Position numbers and translations under genes: made by a program. A stretch of DNA of 43,016 nt from Candidatus Thorarchaeota archaeon (GTDB taxonomy: Archaea; Asgardarchaeota; Thorarchaeia; Thorarchaeales; Thorarchaeaceae), in NCBI GenBank assembly GCA_016840855.1, contig JAEORO010000011.1:1-43016 (forward strand), written 5' to 3'. Numbering within the stretch: the stretch's first letter is position 1; the number at the start of each line of letters is the position of its first letter. Shown here in pieces: positions 8,305 to 17,581 of this stretch. Below the pieces are notes generated by a model, which was given only the letters and a program-made list of their open reading frames with translations, was not told where the DNA came from and ran no database searches.

Positions 8305-11300
8305 ATGAGTCCGTTACCAAAGAGATATGATCCACATGCATTGGAAAAACATGTACATGATTTCTGGGAAAAGAAAGAAATCTACAGGAAAACGGTAGAG
8401 CTCAGGAACTCAGGACCTAGATGGAATTTTCTTGAGGGACCTCCCACAACCAATGGCTTCATGCATGTTGGACATGCCCGGGGACGTGCTATGAAGGATG
8501 CACAGCTACGCTATATGACAATGAGAGGATTCAATGTCTGGAGACGTGGTGGTTGGGACATGCAAGGACTTCCTGTTGAGCTCGAAGTTGAGAGAAATGA
8601 GGGAATAGATCAGAAAGGACTAATAGAATCAAATCTTGGTATGGATGTTTTTGTACAGAAATGCAAAGAGTTAGTCGATTATTATCTTGAAGGATGGGTG
8701 AATGACTCAATTAGACTTGGCTTGTGGTTGGATTATCCATCAGCATACCAAACCCGAAGAGACGACTACATTGAACACGTCTGGTATTTCCTAAAAATGG
8801 CTAATGAGAGAGGTCTTCTTGGTAGAGGATATAGAGTAAATCCAATGTGTCCAAGATGTGTTACTGCATTATCAGGACATGAAGTATCCCAAGGATATCA
8901 AACAAAAGAGGATCCATCAATATACGTGAAATTCAAGCTTGTCGGAAAAGAGAATGAGTATCTTGTTATATGGACCACTACACCATTCACCCTAATATCG
9001 AACGAGATGGTATCCGTCCATCCAAAAATGAAGTATGTCAAGGTTGATGTAGGTGGGGAATTGTGGTGGCTTGTTGAGGATCTTGTAGAAGAAGTAATGC
9101 GAAAAGCAGGTGTTAGTTCCTATGAGGTGGTTGATTCTGTCCTCGGTAAGAAGATGTTAGGATGGAAATATGAGCATCCGTTTAGGAATGAGGTGCCATT
9201 TCACCAAGAACATGACGAGGAGTACATGCATGCAGTCGTTACAGGCACCCATGTCACAGTCGAAGATGGAACTGGTCTTGTTCACACAGCCCCTGGATTT
9301 GGACCAGATGACTTCAATGTAGGTCGAGAGTTCAATGTACCAGTCTTAGCTCCTGTCACTCCTTCCGGAAAGTTCACAGACGAGGTGCCAATGTTCAAGG
9401 GAAGAATGGTTTTTGACACGAATCCTGAAGTTCCGAGAATGCTGGAAGAAAAAGGTTTGCTCGTTCATGAAGAAACAATATCTCACGAGTATCCTCATTG
9501 TTGGAGGTGTGATACGCCACTAATATACTTAGCAGATAATACGCAGTGGTTCTTGAAGATGATGGGAGTCAGAGATAAGCTTGTAGAAGCAAACAAGGAA
9601 GTTGATTGGACTCCAGATTGGGCAGGGACAGGCCGATTTGGCGATTGGCTCGCGAACGCGGATGATTGGTGCATATCCAGATCAAGGGTATGGGGGTCTC
9701 CTCTTCCTGTCTGGATATGCGATGATTGTCAAGCTGAAGTTGTTGTCGGTTCAAGAAAGGAGCTGAAAGAACGTGCCCTGAAATTCCCTGACAACTTTGA
9801 AATGCATAGACCTTGGGTGGATGAGGTTGTTCTCAAATGCGAAAAATGTGGAGGAGAGATGCATCGAGAGGAGTTTGTAACAGATTGTTGGCTTGACTCG
9901 GGATTAGCTCATACAGCAAGCGTCGATTATCTTAAAGATCCCCAGACACTCAAGGAGCTTTATCCATATGATTTCATAACGGAAGCTGTGGATCAGTCAC
10001 GTGGATGGTTTTACAGCCTTCTATACACCGCAGTTGTAATGCATGGGAATACACCCTTCAAGGCTTGCGTCAGCCAAGAACATGTTTTAGATGCTGAAGG
10101 AGGTAAGATGAGCAAGTCTAGAGGCAATGTTGTTTGGGCGAAAGACGCATTTGCAGACATAGGTGCAGATCCATTTAGAGTGTTTGTCTTGACGCGTTCG
10201 GCATCTTGGTCAAGAATGAATTACGACCCAAAGGAAATAGAACTTACACGGAAAAAACTCGATGTTCTTTGGAATGTGGTCCTATTTGCTGAAACCTATA
10301 TGGACCTTGATAATTTTCAGTATGACGAGAGCCGAATGAGAAGGGCACTCTCGAAGGCAGATCTTGAAGACAAATGGTTGCTCTCCCGTGTCCAGTCTGT
10401 TGTAAAAGAATACAGAGTCAACATGGACAAGTATCTGTGGCATCATGCAGGACGTGTTTTGTTAGATTTCATATCAGAGGATCTTAGTAGAATATATCTT
10501 CCACTTGTGAAGAAACGCGTCTGGCTTGACAGCGATGATCCCAAGAAGGTAATGGCCTATGATGTTATGTACTATACACTTCAGACGTTTCTTAGATGCT
10601 TCAATGTGTTTACTCCATTTCTAGCGGAAAAGTTGCATACTGATTTCCTCATGCATTATGCAGATGGACTCCCAGAGTCAATAAACATGACCCAAGTACC
10701 TGAACCTGATGATAGTTTCCGAGATGGTGAGATGGAATCTACCTTTGAGATACTCCAAGAGCTTAGAAGTGCATCAAGTCATGCTCGGAATAAGAAAGGT
10801 GTCAAACTAAGACACCCAGTAGCAAAGGTCATCCTAATAGCTGAAAACAAAGAAACTGCGAAAAGAGCTGCTAATCTTGCGGCACTTCTGCAAGATGATC
10901 TCAACACAAGGGAATTCGAAGTTTTGTTAACTGATGTCATGGCTGACTTCACAACACTTACTGTGAAACCAAATTACAAGACATTGGGACCGAAATACAA
11001 AGACATGATGAAGCAGCTGGTGTCAACTCTCCAGAATGTCGATGCTGTCAAGTTGAGAGACGACCTAGAGAAGGGACAAGCAACAGTCACAGTTGCAGGG
11101 AAGAAATTAAAACTTGATGCTGGAGATGTAGAGTTTGAGGAGAGCCTCCCAGACCACCTGAGTTACTCAGACTCTAAAATGGGGAAAGTCTATGTTGATG
11201 TTACACGAACTAGAGAGCTCGAAGCTGAGGGTCTCGTCAGAGATGTGATACGACGAGTCCAAGTTATGAGAAAGGAACTTGACTTGAAAGTTGAACAATC

Positions 11301-11502
11301 AATAGATGTTCTACTTATGTTTTCAGACGAGGAATCAGTAGAACTTTCTATGATGTTTAAAGAACATTTAGCCAATGAAGTTCGGGCAAACCTGCTAGAA
11401 ATGAAAGGCCCCAGTGCTAAGCCTAAATGGAAGGATTTCTCCTACGTCAAAGAGTGGGAGATAGACGACCTCAAATTGAAGGTAGGAATGAATCCAAAGT
11501 AG
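8305..11502 (+). CDS. ileS: Isoleucine--tRNA ligase
   Basis: EGPP, HVGH, WTTTP, GTGLVH, YPHCWRC, DWCISR, KMSKS motifs. Confidence 0.96.
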   Translation: MSPLPKRYDPHALEKHVHDFWEKKEIYRKTVELRNSGPRWNFLEGPPTTNGFMHVGHARGRAMKDAQLRYMTMRGFNVWRRGGWDMQGLPVELEVERNEGIDQKGLIESNLGMDVFVQKCKELVDYYLEGWVNDSIRLGLWLDYPSAYQTRRDDYIEHVWYFLKMANERGLLGRGYRVNPMCPRCVTALSGHEVSQGYQTKEDPSIYVKFKLVGKENEYLVIWTTTPFTLISNEMVSVHPKMKYVKVDVGGELWWLVEDLVEEVMRKAGVSSYEVVDSVLGKKMLGWKYEHPFRNEVPFHQEHDEEYMHAVVTGTHVTVEDGTGLVHTAPGFGPDDFNVGREFNVPVLAPVTPSGKFTDEVPMFKGRMVFDTNPEVPRMLEEKGLLVHEETISHEYPHCWRCDTPLIYLADNTQWFLKMMGVRDKLVEANKEVDWTPDWAGTGRFGDWLANADDWCISRSRVWGSPLPVWICDDCQAEVVVGSRKELKERALKFPDNFEMHRPWVDEVVLKCEKCGGEMHREEFVTDCWLDSGLAHTASVDYLKDPQTLKELYPYDFITEAVDQSRGWFYSLLYTAVVMHGNTPFKACVSQEHVLDAEGGKMSKSRGNVVWAKDAFADIGADPFRVFVLTRSASWSRMNYDPKEIELTRKKLDVLWNVVLFAETYMDLDNFQYDESRMRRALSKADLEDKWLLSRVQSVVKEYRVNMDKYLWHHAGRVLLDFISEDLSRIYLPLVKKRVWLDSDDPKKVMAYDVMYYTLQTFLRCFNVFTPFLAEKLHTDFLMHYADGLPESINMTQVPEPDDSFRDGEMESTFEILQELRSASSHARNKKGVKLRHPVAKVILIAENKETAKRAANLAALLQDDLNTREFEVLLTDVMADFTTLTVKPNYKTLGPKYKDMMKQLVSTLQNVDAVKLRDDLEKGQATVTVAGKKLKLDAGDVEFEESLPDHLSYSDSKMGKVYVDVTRTRELEAEGLVRDVIRRVQVMRKELDLKVEQSIDVLLMFSDEESVELSMMFKEHLANEVRANLLEMKGPSAKPKWKDFSYVKEWEIDDLKLKVGMNPK

Positions 11503-11506
11503 CAGA

Positions 11507-12844
11507 TTATATTGGACTCTTCTCACGGGTTAGAATCTCAATCATTGTGTGGAAAACATTTGCATTCTCCTTAAGAGACTTAATGGACACCCATTCATTT
11601 GCTCCATGTACATTGTCACCCTTAGGACCAAAGTCAAACAAATCTACTCCTTCGCCAGCAAAATAACGTGAGTCAGAACCTCCAAAGCCTTCAGTGATCC
11701 TGTAGGATATACCTTCTTTCTCGAGTGCCCATCGAGCAGCCTTGATTAGTCTTGAGTCAGGATCACAATCGACATAGCCAACTCCAGAGTGCACATTTAA
11801 TGAGAAAAGTTCTACCCTTCCTTTTAGCATCTCCTCGAAAGCTGCTTTGACTGTTTCGCCATCATTTGTCATTGATCTAATATCTATATAGAGAGTCCAG
11901 AGATCCTTCTCTTTTGACAGGATATTTGGGCAGATATTGGTACCTTTATCTGAAGGTCGAGTTGGAAAAGCAGTCAATGAGAGAGGAAGTAATGCTCTCA
12001 TTAAATCTGTTAATGCAGCATCGTAGGATGACTCAGTACCGGATGCTTCAGGATGAATAACATCCATCTCAATCCAATCAGGGACTACATTGCCTTTCAG
12101 AAATGCCCCACGGACTGACTGTACTACTGCACGAGGGTTGAGATCGAGATACTTGGATGCTGCAATCATCGCATGTCTATCAACACCAAATCTGAGATAG
12201 GCACTGTGCCTGGTATTTGTCCCAAATGTTTCTGTTTCTACTCTTACAGTTTCTTTTCTGCCTTTGATCTTCTCTGTTCTTTCTTTAACTTTAATGAATG
12301 TGGGAAGGATGTTCCTTCTTCGATGAATAATGTCTTGACCATTACCGTCTGCAATGACAACAAAATCAGGAAAGAGCCCTTGTTTAACCAAGTAGTCCCT
12401 TAGCACGCCAGCCCCCTGTCTTCCTCCAAGCTCTTCATCACCCGAAGCGCCAATCATGATAGTGCATGGAAAATCTGAATTAGCAAGTTTCTCCGCAAGT
12501 AAAAGGAGTGAAGCAATGTTACCTTTGTCATCACAAGTACCTCTCCCATATGCTTTGTCACCATCAATCTTCAACTTCAAAGGATCTGAGTTCCATCCCT
12601 CACCAAATGGAACAACATCAAAATGAGCTAAGAATAGTATCTTGAATTTGCCGCGGCCACGTCTTGCGAAAGCTGTCGTGTAGCCTTCTGATTCAATAAT
12701 TTCTGTTACGAAACCAAAACCACCCAGAATGTTATTGATGAATTCAGGGCAATTTCGAGGTGCTTTCATGTCACCGTTATTTCGTGTATCAAAAGCAACC
12801 AGAGTTTTTAGAAGTTCAGCTGGATCAAGAGGCATCTCAATCAA
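11507..12844 (-). CDS. M20 family metallopeptidase/deacylase (ArgE/DapE-like)
   Basis: AHFDVVP, GRGTCDDKG, DEE, GGSD, HGANE motifs. Confidence 0.88.
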   Translation of the reverse strand: MIEMPLDPAELLKTLVAFDTRNNGDMKAPRNCPEFINNILGGFGFVTEIIESEGYTTAFARRGRGKFKILFLAHFDVVPFGEGWNSDPLKLKIDGDKAYGRGTCDDKGNIASLLLLAEKLANSDFPCTIMIGASGDEELGGRQGAGVLRDYLVKQGLFPDFVVIADGNGQDIIHRRRNILPTFIKVKERTEKIKGRKETVRVETETFGTNTRHSAYLRFGVDRHAMIAASKYLDLNPRAVVQSVRGAFLKGNVVPDWIEMDVIHPEASGTESSYDAALTDLMRALLPLSLTAFPTRPSDKGTNICPNILSKEKDLWTLYIDIRSMTNDGETVKAAFEEMLKGRVELFSLNVHSGVGYVDCDPDSRLIKAARWALEKEGISYRITEGFGGSDSRYFAGEGVDLFDFGPKGDNVHGANEWVSIKSLKENANVFHTMIEILTREKSPI

Positions 12845-12895
12845 TTAGAAATCAAAGTAAACTGTTCAAAAGTTTATCTTCTAACGTCATTGACA

Positions 12896-12940
12896 AACAA
12901 AAAAGCTGAAACAAGGGACAACCACTAGATTGCCCCTTGT
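12896..12940 (-). terminator. Hairpin plus U-tract downstream of the EF-2 paralog
   Basis: ACAAGGGGCAAUC-UAGU-GGUUGUCCCUUGU 13-bp stem followed by UUCAGCUUUUUU. Confidence 0.7.
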
Positions 12941-12951
12941 AATTTTGAACC

Positions 12952-15168
12952 TTACGAGGTCCGTTTGTAAATCCATCTGTTCCAAGAGCTGAGGCTTGGC
13001 ATTTCTTGAGGCATGCCTTTTCGCTCTCTAATCTCGAGGATGATTTCTTCCTGCATGTTACCAGGTAGAGGTTCAAATCCTCTAAACTCGTAACCGAAGA
13101 AACTACGACCTGCTGTTGCGCTTCTGAACTCATCTGCTATCCCGATTGTTTCAGCTGTGGGGAGCGTGCCTCTCACAGTGACTGTGTCTTCTTCGCCTTC
13201 AATCGTGACAATCTGACCACGGTGCCCAGTTAGGACCTTGATAACCTGACCCTGTGTATCGGTCGGTGTTTTGATATCGGTGTTGAGGACCGGTTCGAAG
13301 AGTCCAGGCTTACCAGTCAAGAAGCCCATATTTAGACCAGCACTTACCATTGTCGCAACTTCGTTGTAACCAGTATGAGCAGGATCTGTATGGACAGTTG
13401 CATCGGTAAGAACTACTTTGACACCCATTACAGGCTCTTTTGCGATTGGACCACCATCAATGAACTCTCGGAAGGTTGTCTGAAGATATGAGAAGATACG
13501 TTCGAACCTCTGAACACCACTCATTGCATCAACTAGCATTGAGGATTCATAGATATCTAGGATTTTACGAGCCTCTTTAGCATCCCATCCTGCTTCATCT
13601 CGAAGAATTGCTGCACGCTCTCTGTCAGGCATTTCAGCAGTGATTCTCCTCTTCCTGATGAGTTCGACTGTCTTCGCATCAAGTGGTTCAAGGTACATTC
13701 GAATCCTGTTGTGTCCATTAGGAGACTTGGTATGGAACTCGTCACCACGATCAGTCATCTTTTCACGATAGACAATGATGGGTTCTGAAACCTTGATTTT
13801 GACTTGCTCGTTGATTCTCTTTGTCAGAATCTCGATTTGAAGTGGATCAATACCATCAAGTCTGTACTCACCAGATTCTTTATCGTGAACAAACCGTGCT
13901 GTGGGGTCAGCCATAATCCACTTTGAAACCACTTCACCAAGTTTAGCAATCTCCTGTGGGTCAATTGGTTTGATGCTTCTACTTACAACAGGCTCACTGA
14001 CATATTCAATAGCTTCAAAGCCTTTCAAGCCTGAACCGGGTTCAACGAATGTTTCACCACTTGGACACATGAAACCAAATACAGAGAAGAGATTACCTGC
14101 AGGAACCTCATCCATATCAAGGATGTCAGTGATTTCTTGGACTCCCAATCGCTTGACCTTAGCATTCTGTTTCATGTTGACTAGTTGAATCTCTTGCCCT
14201 GCGTTAATCGTTCCAGAGAATACTCTTCCAATCAGTGTGGGTCTCTTGCTCTTAGGGTCGATGAAGATTTTTGTAATCATTCCAATAAGAGGGCCCTTCG
14301 AGTCACAATTTAAGAGTGCTTTACCCTCGTTGCTTTCAAGGTCACCCGACCAAATCCTAGGTATCTTGTATTTTTGAGCGTCTTTAGGATTAGGAAGGTG
14401 CTTCACAATCATCTCAAGGAGAGCATCATCTAATGGGAGATTATCACGAAGCCATCTATCATCACCCTCATTGTATTTCTCAAAGACAACAATGGGTTTG
14501 ATGTTCTTTTTCTCTAGCGTCTTCATTGTAAACGCCCAGCCAGTTTTGGCGCTACCAATTGCTACGCTTCCCTCTTGGAAACTGACTCTCCAGTCAAGTG
14601 CATATTCCTTTGGAGCGACCTTCTTGATTAGCTCGTTGACCTTTGCGATGATGATGTCAATACGTTCGTAGACTTTCGCAGGTGGGAGCTTCAACTCATT
14701 GATGAGTCGGTCCACCTTGTTGATGAATAAGACTGGCTTGCATGCCTCTCCACCCACTGCCAGACGAATGTTAGTTTCGGTCTGGGTCATGACGCCTTCC
14801 AAGGCGTCCACTAGAATAACTGCCCCATCACTGGCACGTAATGCTCGAGAAACCTCACCGGTGAATGAGAGGTGTCCAGGAGTATCAGACAGCTGAACGA
14901 GATACTCCTCGCCTTCGATTTCAAAGTTAAGCAGAACCACTGAGGTGAAGATAGTAATACCTCGCTCTTGCTCTTCTTCATCACTGTCTGTCATCAATGC
15001 CTGTCCAGCAGCTGCATCACTCATGAGACCGGCCCTACGCATTAGGTAGTCGGTTGTTGTGGTCTTACCATGGTCAATGTGAGCGCTGATTGATATGATT
15101 CTCTTATGCTCGAAATCATTTGAAAGGATGAGCCTCTTGATTGCATCTGGCTCTTTGATTTTTACCAT
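12952..15168 (-). CDS. Elongation factor 2 family GTPase, probably the divergent paralog aEF-2p
   Basis: AHIDHGKTT, ERGITI, DTPGH, NKVD, KSPNGHNR, FRSATAGR; start reassigned to ATG 15168 behind AGGAG; no rps12/rps7 neighbours. Confidence 0.88.
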   Translation of the reverse strand: MVKIKEPDAIKRLILSNDFEHKRIISISAHIDHGKTTTTDYLMRRAGLMSDAAAGQALMTDSDEEEQERGITIFTSVVLLNFEIEGEEYLVQLSDTPGHLSFTGEVSRALRASDGAVILVDALEGVMTQTETNIRLAVGGEACKPVLFINKVDRLINELKLPPAKVYERIDIIIAKVNELIKKVAPKEYALDWRVSFQEGSVAIGSAKTGWAFTMKTLEKKNIKPIVVFEKYNEGDDRWLRDNLPLDDALLEMIVKHLPNPKDAQKYKIPRIWSGDLESNEGKALLNCDSKGPLIGMITKIFIDPKSKRPTLIGRVFSGTINAGQEIQLVNMKQNAKVKRLGVQEITDILDMDEVPAGNLFSVFGFMCPSGETFVEPGSGLKGFEAIEYVSEPVVSRSIKPIDPQEIAKLGEVVSKWIMADPTARFVHDKESGEYRLDGIDPLQIEILTKRINEQVKIKVSEPIIVYREKMTDRGDEFHTKSPNGHNRIRMYLEPLDAKTVELIRKRRITAEMPDRERAAILRDEAGWDAKEARKILDIYESSMLVDAMSGVQRFERIFSYLQTTFREFIDGGPIAKEPVMGVKVVLTDATVHTDPAHTGYNEVATMVSAGLNMGFLTGKPGLFEPVLNTDIKTPTDTQGQVIKVLTGHRGQIVTIEGEEDTVTVRGTLPTAETIGIADEFRSATAGRSFFGYEFRGFEPLPGNMQEEIILEIRERKGMPQEMPSLSSWNRWIYKRTS

Positions 15169-15197
15169 CAGGATGTCTCCTTGTAACGTAGTTTTTT

Positions 15198-15290
15198 GTC
15201 CCCTCGTGAAAGCATGCGATAGCATGTCCCCAACTGTCCATTATCACACGAGAGAACTCGTCGGGGTCACCAGCAAAACCACTGGTGAAT
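15198..15290 (-). promoter_or_regulatory. Pseudoknotted 5' leader of the EF-2 paralog
   Basis: UCACCAGU/GCUGGUGA hairpin; CCCCGAC/GUUGGGG stem; its loop GUUCUCUCGUG pairs with downstream CACGAGGGGAC; CTTTTAAT box at about 15314-15321. Confidence 0.5.
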
Positions 15291-15336
15291 AGCGCGACCT
15301 CGCGTGTGGATGATTAAAAGTATTTCTACAGAGGAA

Positions 15337-16116
15337 CTATCGATGAGCAATGACCACCATACGCTCTGAATTTGATGCATAGGGAACTCGAGGCAATATA
15401 TGCTGACCATAGAATTCTACTTTGGTAAATCCAATTTCCTTAAGCATCTCCTGAATCTCAAGAGCTGTGTACATTCGGATGTCGTTATTTGACAAAGCAT
15501 CTTGGTCCATTAACACAATCCGATCTTCTTCAGTATCAATGAACATAGCAGGTCTGCCAATAAGAACTCCAGCAGGCGCATCCAGCACATGTGGCTCGTT
15601 CAGTAGAAATCCACCATCAAGTTGAGTCCATGTCTTCTGAAATTTAGGGAGATTGTAGGGATTTATTAAATCTAGAAGCAGACATCCACCTTCTTTCAGT
15701 GCGCGATATGCACCTAGGAGTACTCGTTTGTTTTCCTCATGATTGAAGAATCCAAAACTATGACTTAACATCACTGCAGCCTTAAACTGGGACTCAAAGG
15801 TCATATCCCGCATATCACCAGCATAGAAGTTTACTTCCACCTTTTCCTCCTTGGCTGCTTTCTTTGCTACGTCAATCAAAGACTTTGCTATGTCGAATGC
15901 TGTGACCTTGAGACCTCGCTTGGCGAAGTCGATAGAGTGGCCTCCTGCACCACAGGCGATATCAAGAATCTCACTACCCTTCTTCAGATTCAATACTTCT
16001 ATGATGAAAGATACCACGAGCTTGTCATATTGCTCAATCCCCTGAATTGCCTGACGATGTCGGACCCGGAAAATCTCCGCCCAGAATTCGTCCCAGCCAA
16101 GCTCGACCTTCTCCAT
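15337..16116 (-). CDS. Class I SAM-dependent methyltransferase
   Basis: ILDIACGAGGH motif I, GDMRD, SFGFF, LKEGG. Confidence 0.9.
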   Translation of the reverse strand: MEKVELGWDEFWAEIFRVRHRQAIQGIEQYDKLVVSFIIEVLNLKKGSEILDIACGAGGHSIDFAKRGLKVTAFDIAKSLIDVAKKAAKEEKVEVNFYAGDMRDMTFESQFKAAVMLSHSFGFFNHEENKRVLLGAYRALKEGGCLLLDLINPYNLPKFQKTWTQLDGGFLLNEPHVLDAPAGVLIGRPAMFIDTEEDRIVLMDQDALSNNDIRMYTALEIQEMLKEIGFTKVEFYGQHILPRVPYASNSERMVVIAHR

Positions 16117-16263
16117 TGATCACACTTCCACCGAAGCCGTGGATTGACTTGGATATGAAGATTGTCATGAAGTTCAAAAATAGATGCAATATCCTAGCGT
16201 ATCACCGGATGGCTTTAAATCTCAAAGAATTAGCGGCTCCTCATGTACGATATGCTCCCATCT

Positions 16264-17046
16264 ATGGCTGAGGCTATCCAAACACGACAATCTTACAGAC
16301 AGTTCCACCCAGTTTCACTGACCTCGGAACACGAAGAACAAATCCATCAATTCATGTTAAAGTTGAATGCTCCTTTCAACCATCAAGTATCACTTGACTA
16401 TCATCAAGTTCCAAACGAGAAAAATGTCGTATATTTTCAAGGGCCAAAACAGTTTGCTACTTTATCTACAAAACGAACACCTGTAGATCAAGCTAAGTTA
16501 GGATTTCTCGGTGAGCAATTGATACTCTATAGCGAGAGTATCGGAGTGAGGACGTGTTGGATGGGGCATTATAAAACAAAAGAAGTGAACCAGATTGTAT
16601 ATGGGACATCGAAACCTGTCGTTGACAATCCTCTGTATTGCATAATTCTCTTGGGATATGTTCCAGAAAAAACAAGTTTCTTGGATCGCTTCTCGCAGAA
16701 GCGTATGTCAAAGAAGAACAGAACTGTGGAATCATTTCTTCATGATAATTCATTAACAGAATTTCCAGACTTCATCAGATATTCACTTGAACTTGCATCA
16801 AGAGCGCCTTCTGCAATGAATTCTCAGAAATGGTATTATCTAGTTCAACGAATTGATGATGGCTTTTCAATTGAACTTAGCAAACCCAAGGGGTATCAAC
16901 ACTTCAAGTGGAAGAATTACGATATTGATGTTGGCACCGCAGCAGCACACCTTTGGCTTGGCTTAATGACCAAAGGGATTGAGCCAAATGTGGTAGTAAC
17001 CAATATCGAAGAAAACGCAGTCTGGAAATTCATATGCACTCGCTGA
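16264..17046 (+). CDS. Nitroreductase family protein (tandem domains)
   Basis: IQTRQSYRQF, GVRTCW, RAPSAMNSQKW, IDVGTAAAH motifs; start uncertain (16243 or 16264). Confidence 0.85.
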   Translation: MAEAIQTRQSYRQFHPVSLTSEHEEQIHQFMLKLNAPFNHQVSLDYHQVPNEKNVVYFQGPKQFATLSTKRTPVDQAKLGFLGEQLILYSESIGVRTCWMGHYKTKEVNQIVYGTSKPVVDNPLYCIILLGYVPEKTSFLDRFSQKRMSKKNRTVESFLHDNSLTEFPDFIRYSLELASRAPSAMNSQKWYYLVQRIDDGFSIELSKPKGYQHFKWKNYDIDVGTAAAHLWLGLMTKGIEPNVVVTNIEENAVWKFICTR

Positions 17047-17061
17047 TAAAATAGAATTTGG

Positions 17062-17175
17062 AGAGAACCCGCACCTGTTTTCTCCGCCGGGAGGGACGCA
17101 GACTCAGTAACAGGAAACTCAAATTGAGCATAATCTGCGGATTTCTTCTCCACCTGAAATGGAGGCGAGTTCTCT
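17062..17175 (-). ncRNA. Candidate 114-nt pseudoknotted ncRNA (unassigned)
   Basis: 11-bp closing stem AGAGAACUCGC/GCGGGUUCUCU, four internal stems, CCUGUU/AACAGG pseudoknot; three G-U pairs orient it to the minus strand. Confidence 0.55.
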
Positions 17176-17360
17176 AAAAAACCTTTAGGTTATGCGTAAA
17201 TTTGAAATTTTAAGCAATTTTCGAAATTATCTTCGATTTTTCGACTTGAAGATAAAAATCCAATCGGGTTGATGGAAAAACAGATTTTGGAGTGTTTTTC
17301 ATATCAAAATGATGGATTGAATTCTTTTTTGCCAGCCCTGGTACCGAAAGTAGAAGAAGT

Positions 17361-17464
17361 TGGTAGCCCCGCCAGGATTTGAACCTAGGTCAAGCGGGCC
17401 AGAACCGCTTATGCATAGTCTAGGAAGCTATTGCTTGCCTAATGGACCACTACACCACGGGGCT
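17361..17464 (-). tRNA. tRNA-Gln(CUG) with a 28-nt D-loop intron and encoded CCA
   Basis: AGCCCCG/CGGGGCU acceptor, AGCGG-UUCUGGC-CCGCU anticodon arm, UUCAAAU T loop; removing 17415-17442 gives a canonical 76-nt tRNA. Confidence 0.93.
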
Positions 17465-17581
17465 ATTGTACAGACAAGTCTGTGTGACTCCGGAGTGACG
17501 TGCTGCATTTTTCATCTTTTCGGTTGATAGCTGACCTAATTCTGCTTTCAGTCATAATGGAGTGTTTGCAAAAGAAAGAGT

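Noticed and set aside
15251-15260. 10-nt complementarity between the EF-2 leader (CGAGUUCUCU) and the 5' end of the 17.1 kb RNA
   Set aside because: Both segments are already paired in cis, and a post hoc 10-mer match is within chance
15198-15270. HDV-like ribozyme or fluoride riboswitch in the EF-2 leader
   Set aside because: Topology is similar but the conserved nucleotides (L3 CC with J1/4 GG, J4/2 C-x-A; GAUG...GAUGAC) are missing
17062-17175. tRNA-Sec, 5S rRNA or minimal RNase P identity for the 114-nt RNA
   Set aside because: No D or T arm and U rather than G at the discriminator; no 5S loop motifs; too short and CR-I/CR-V matches are poor
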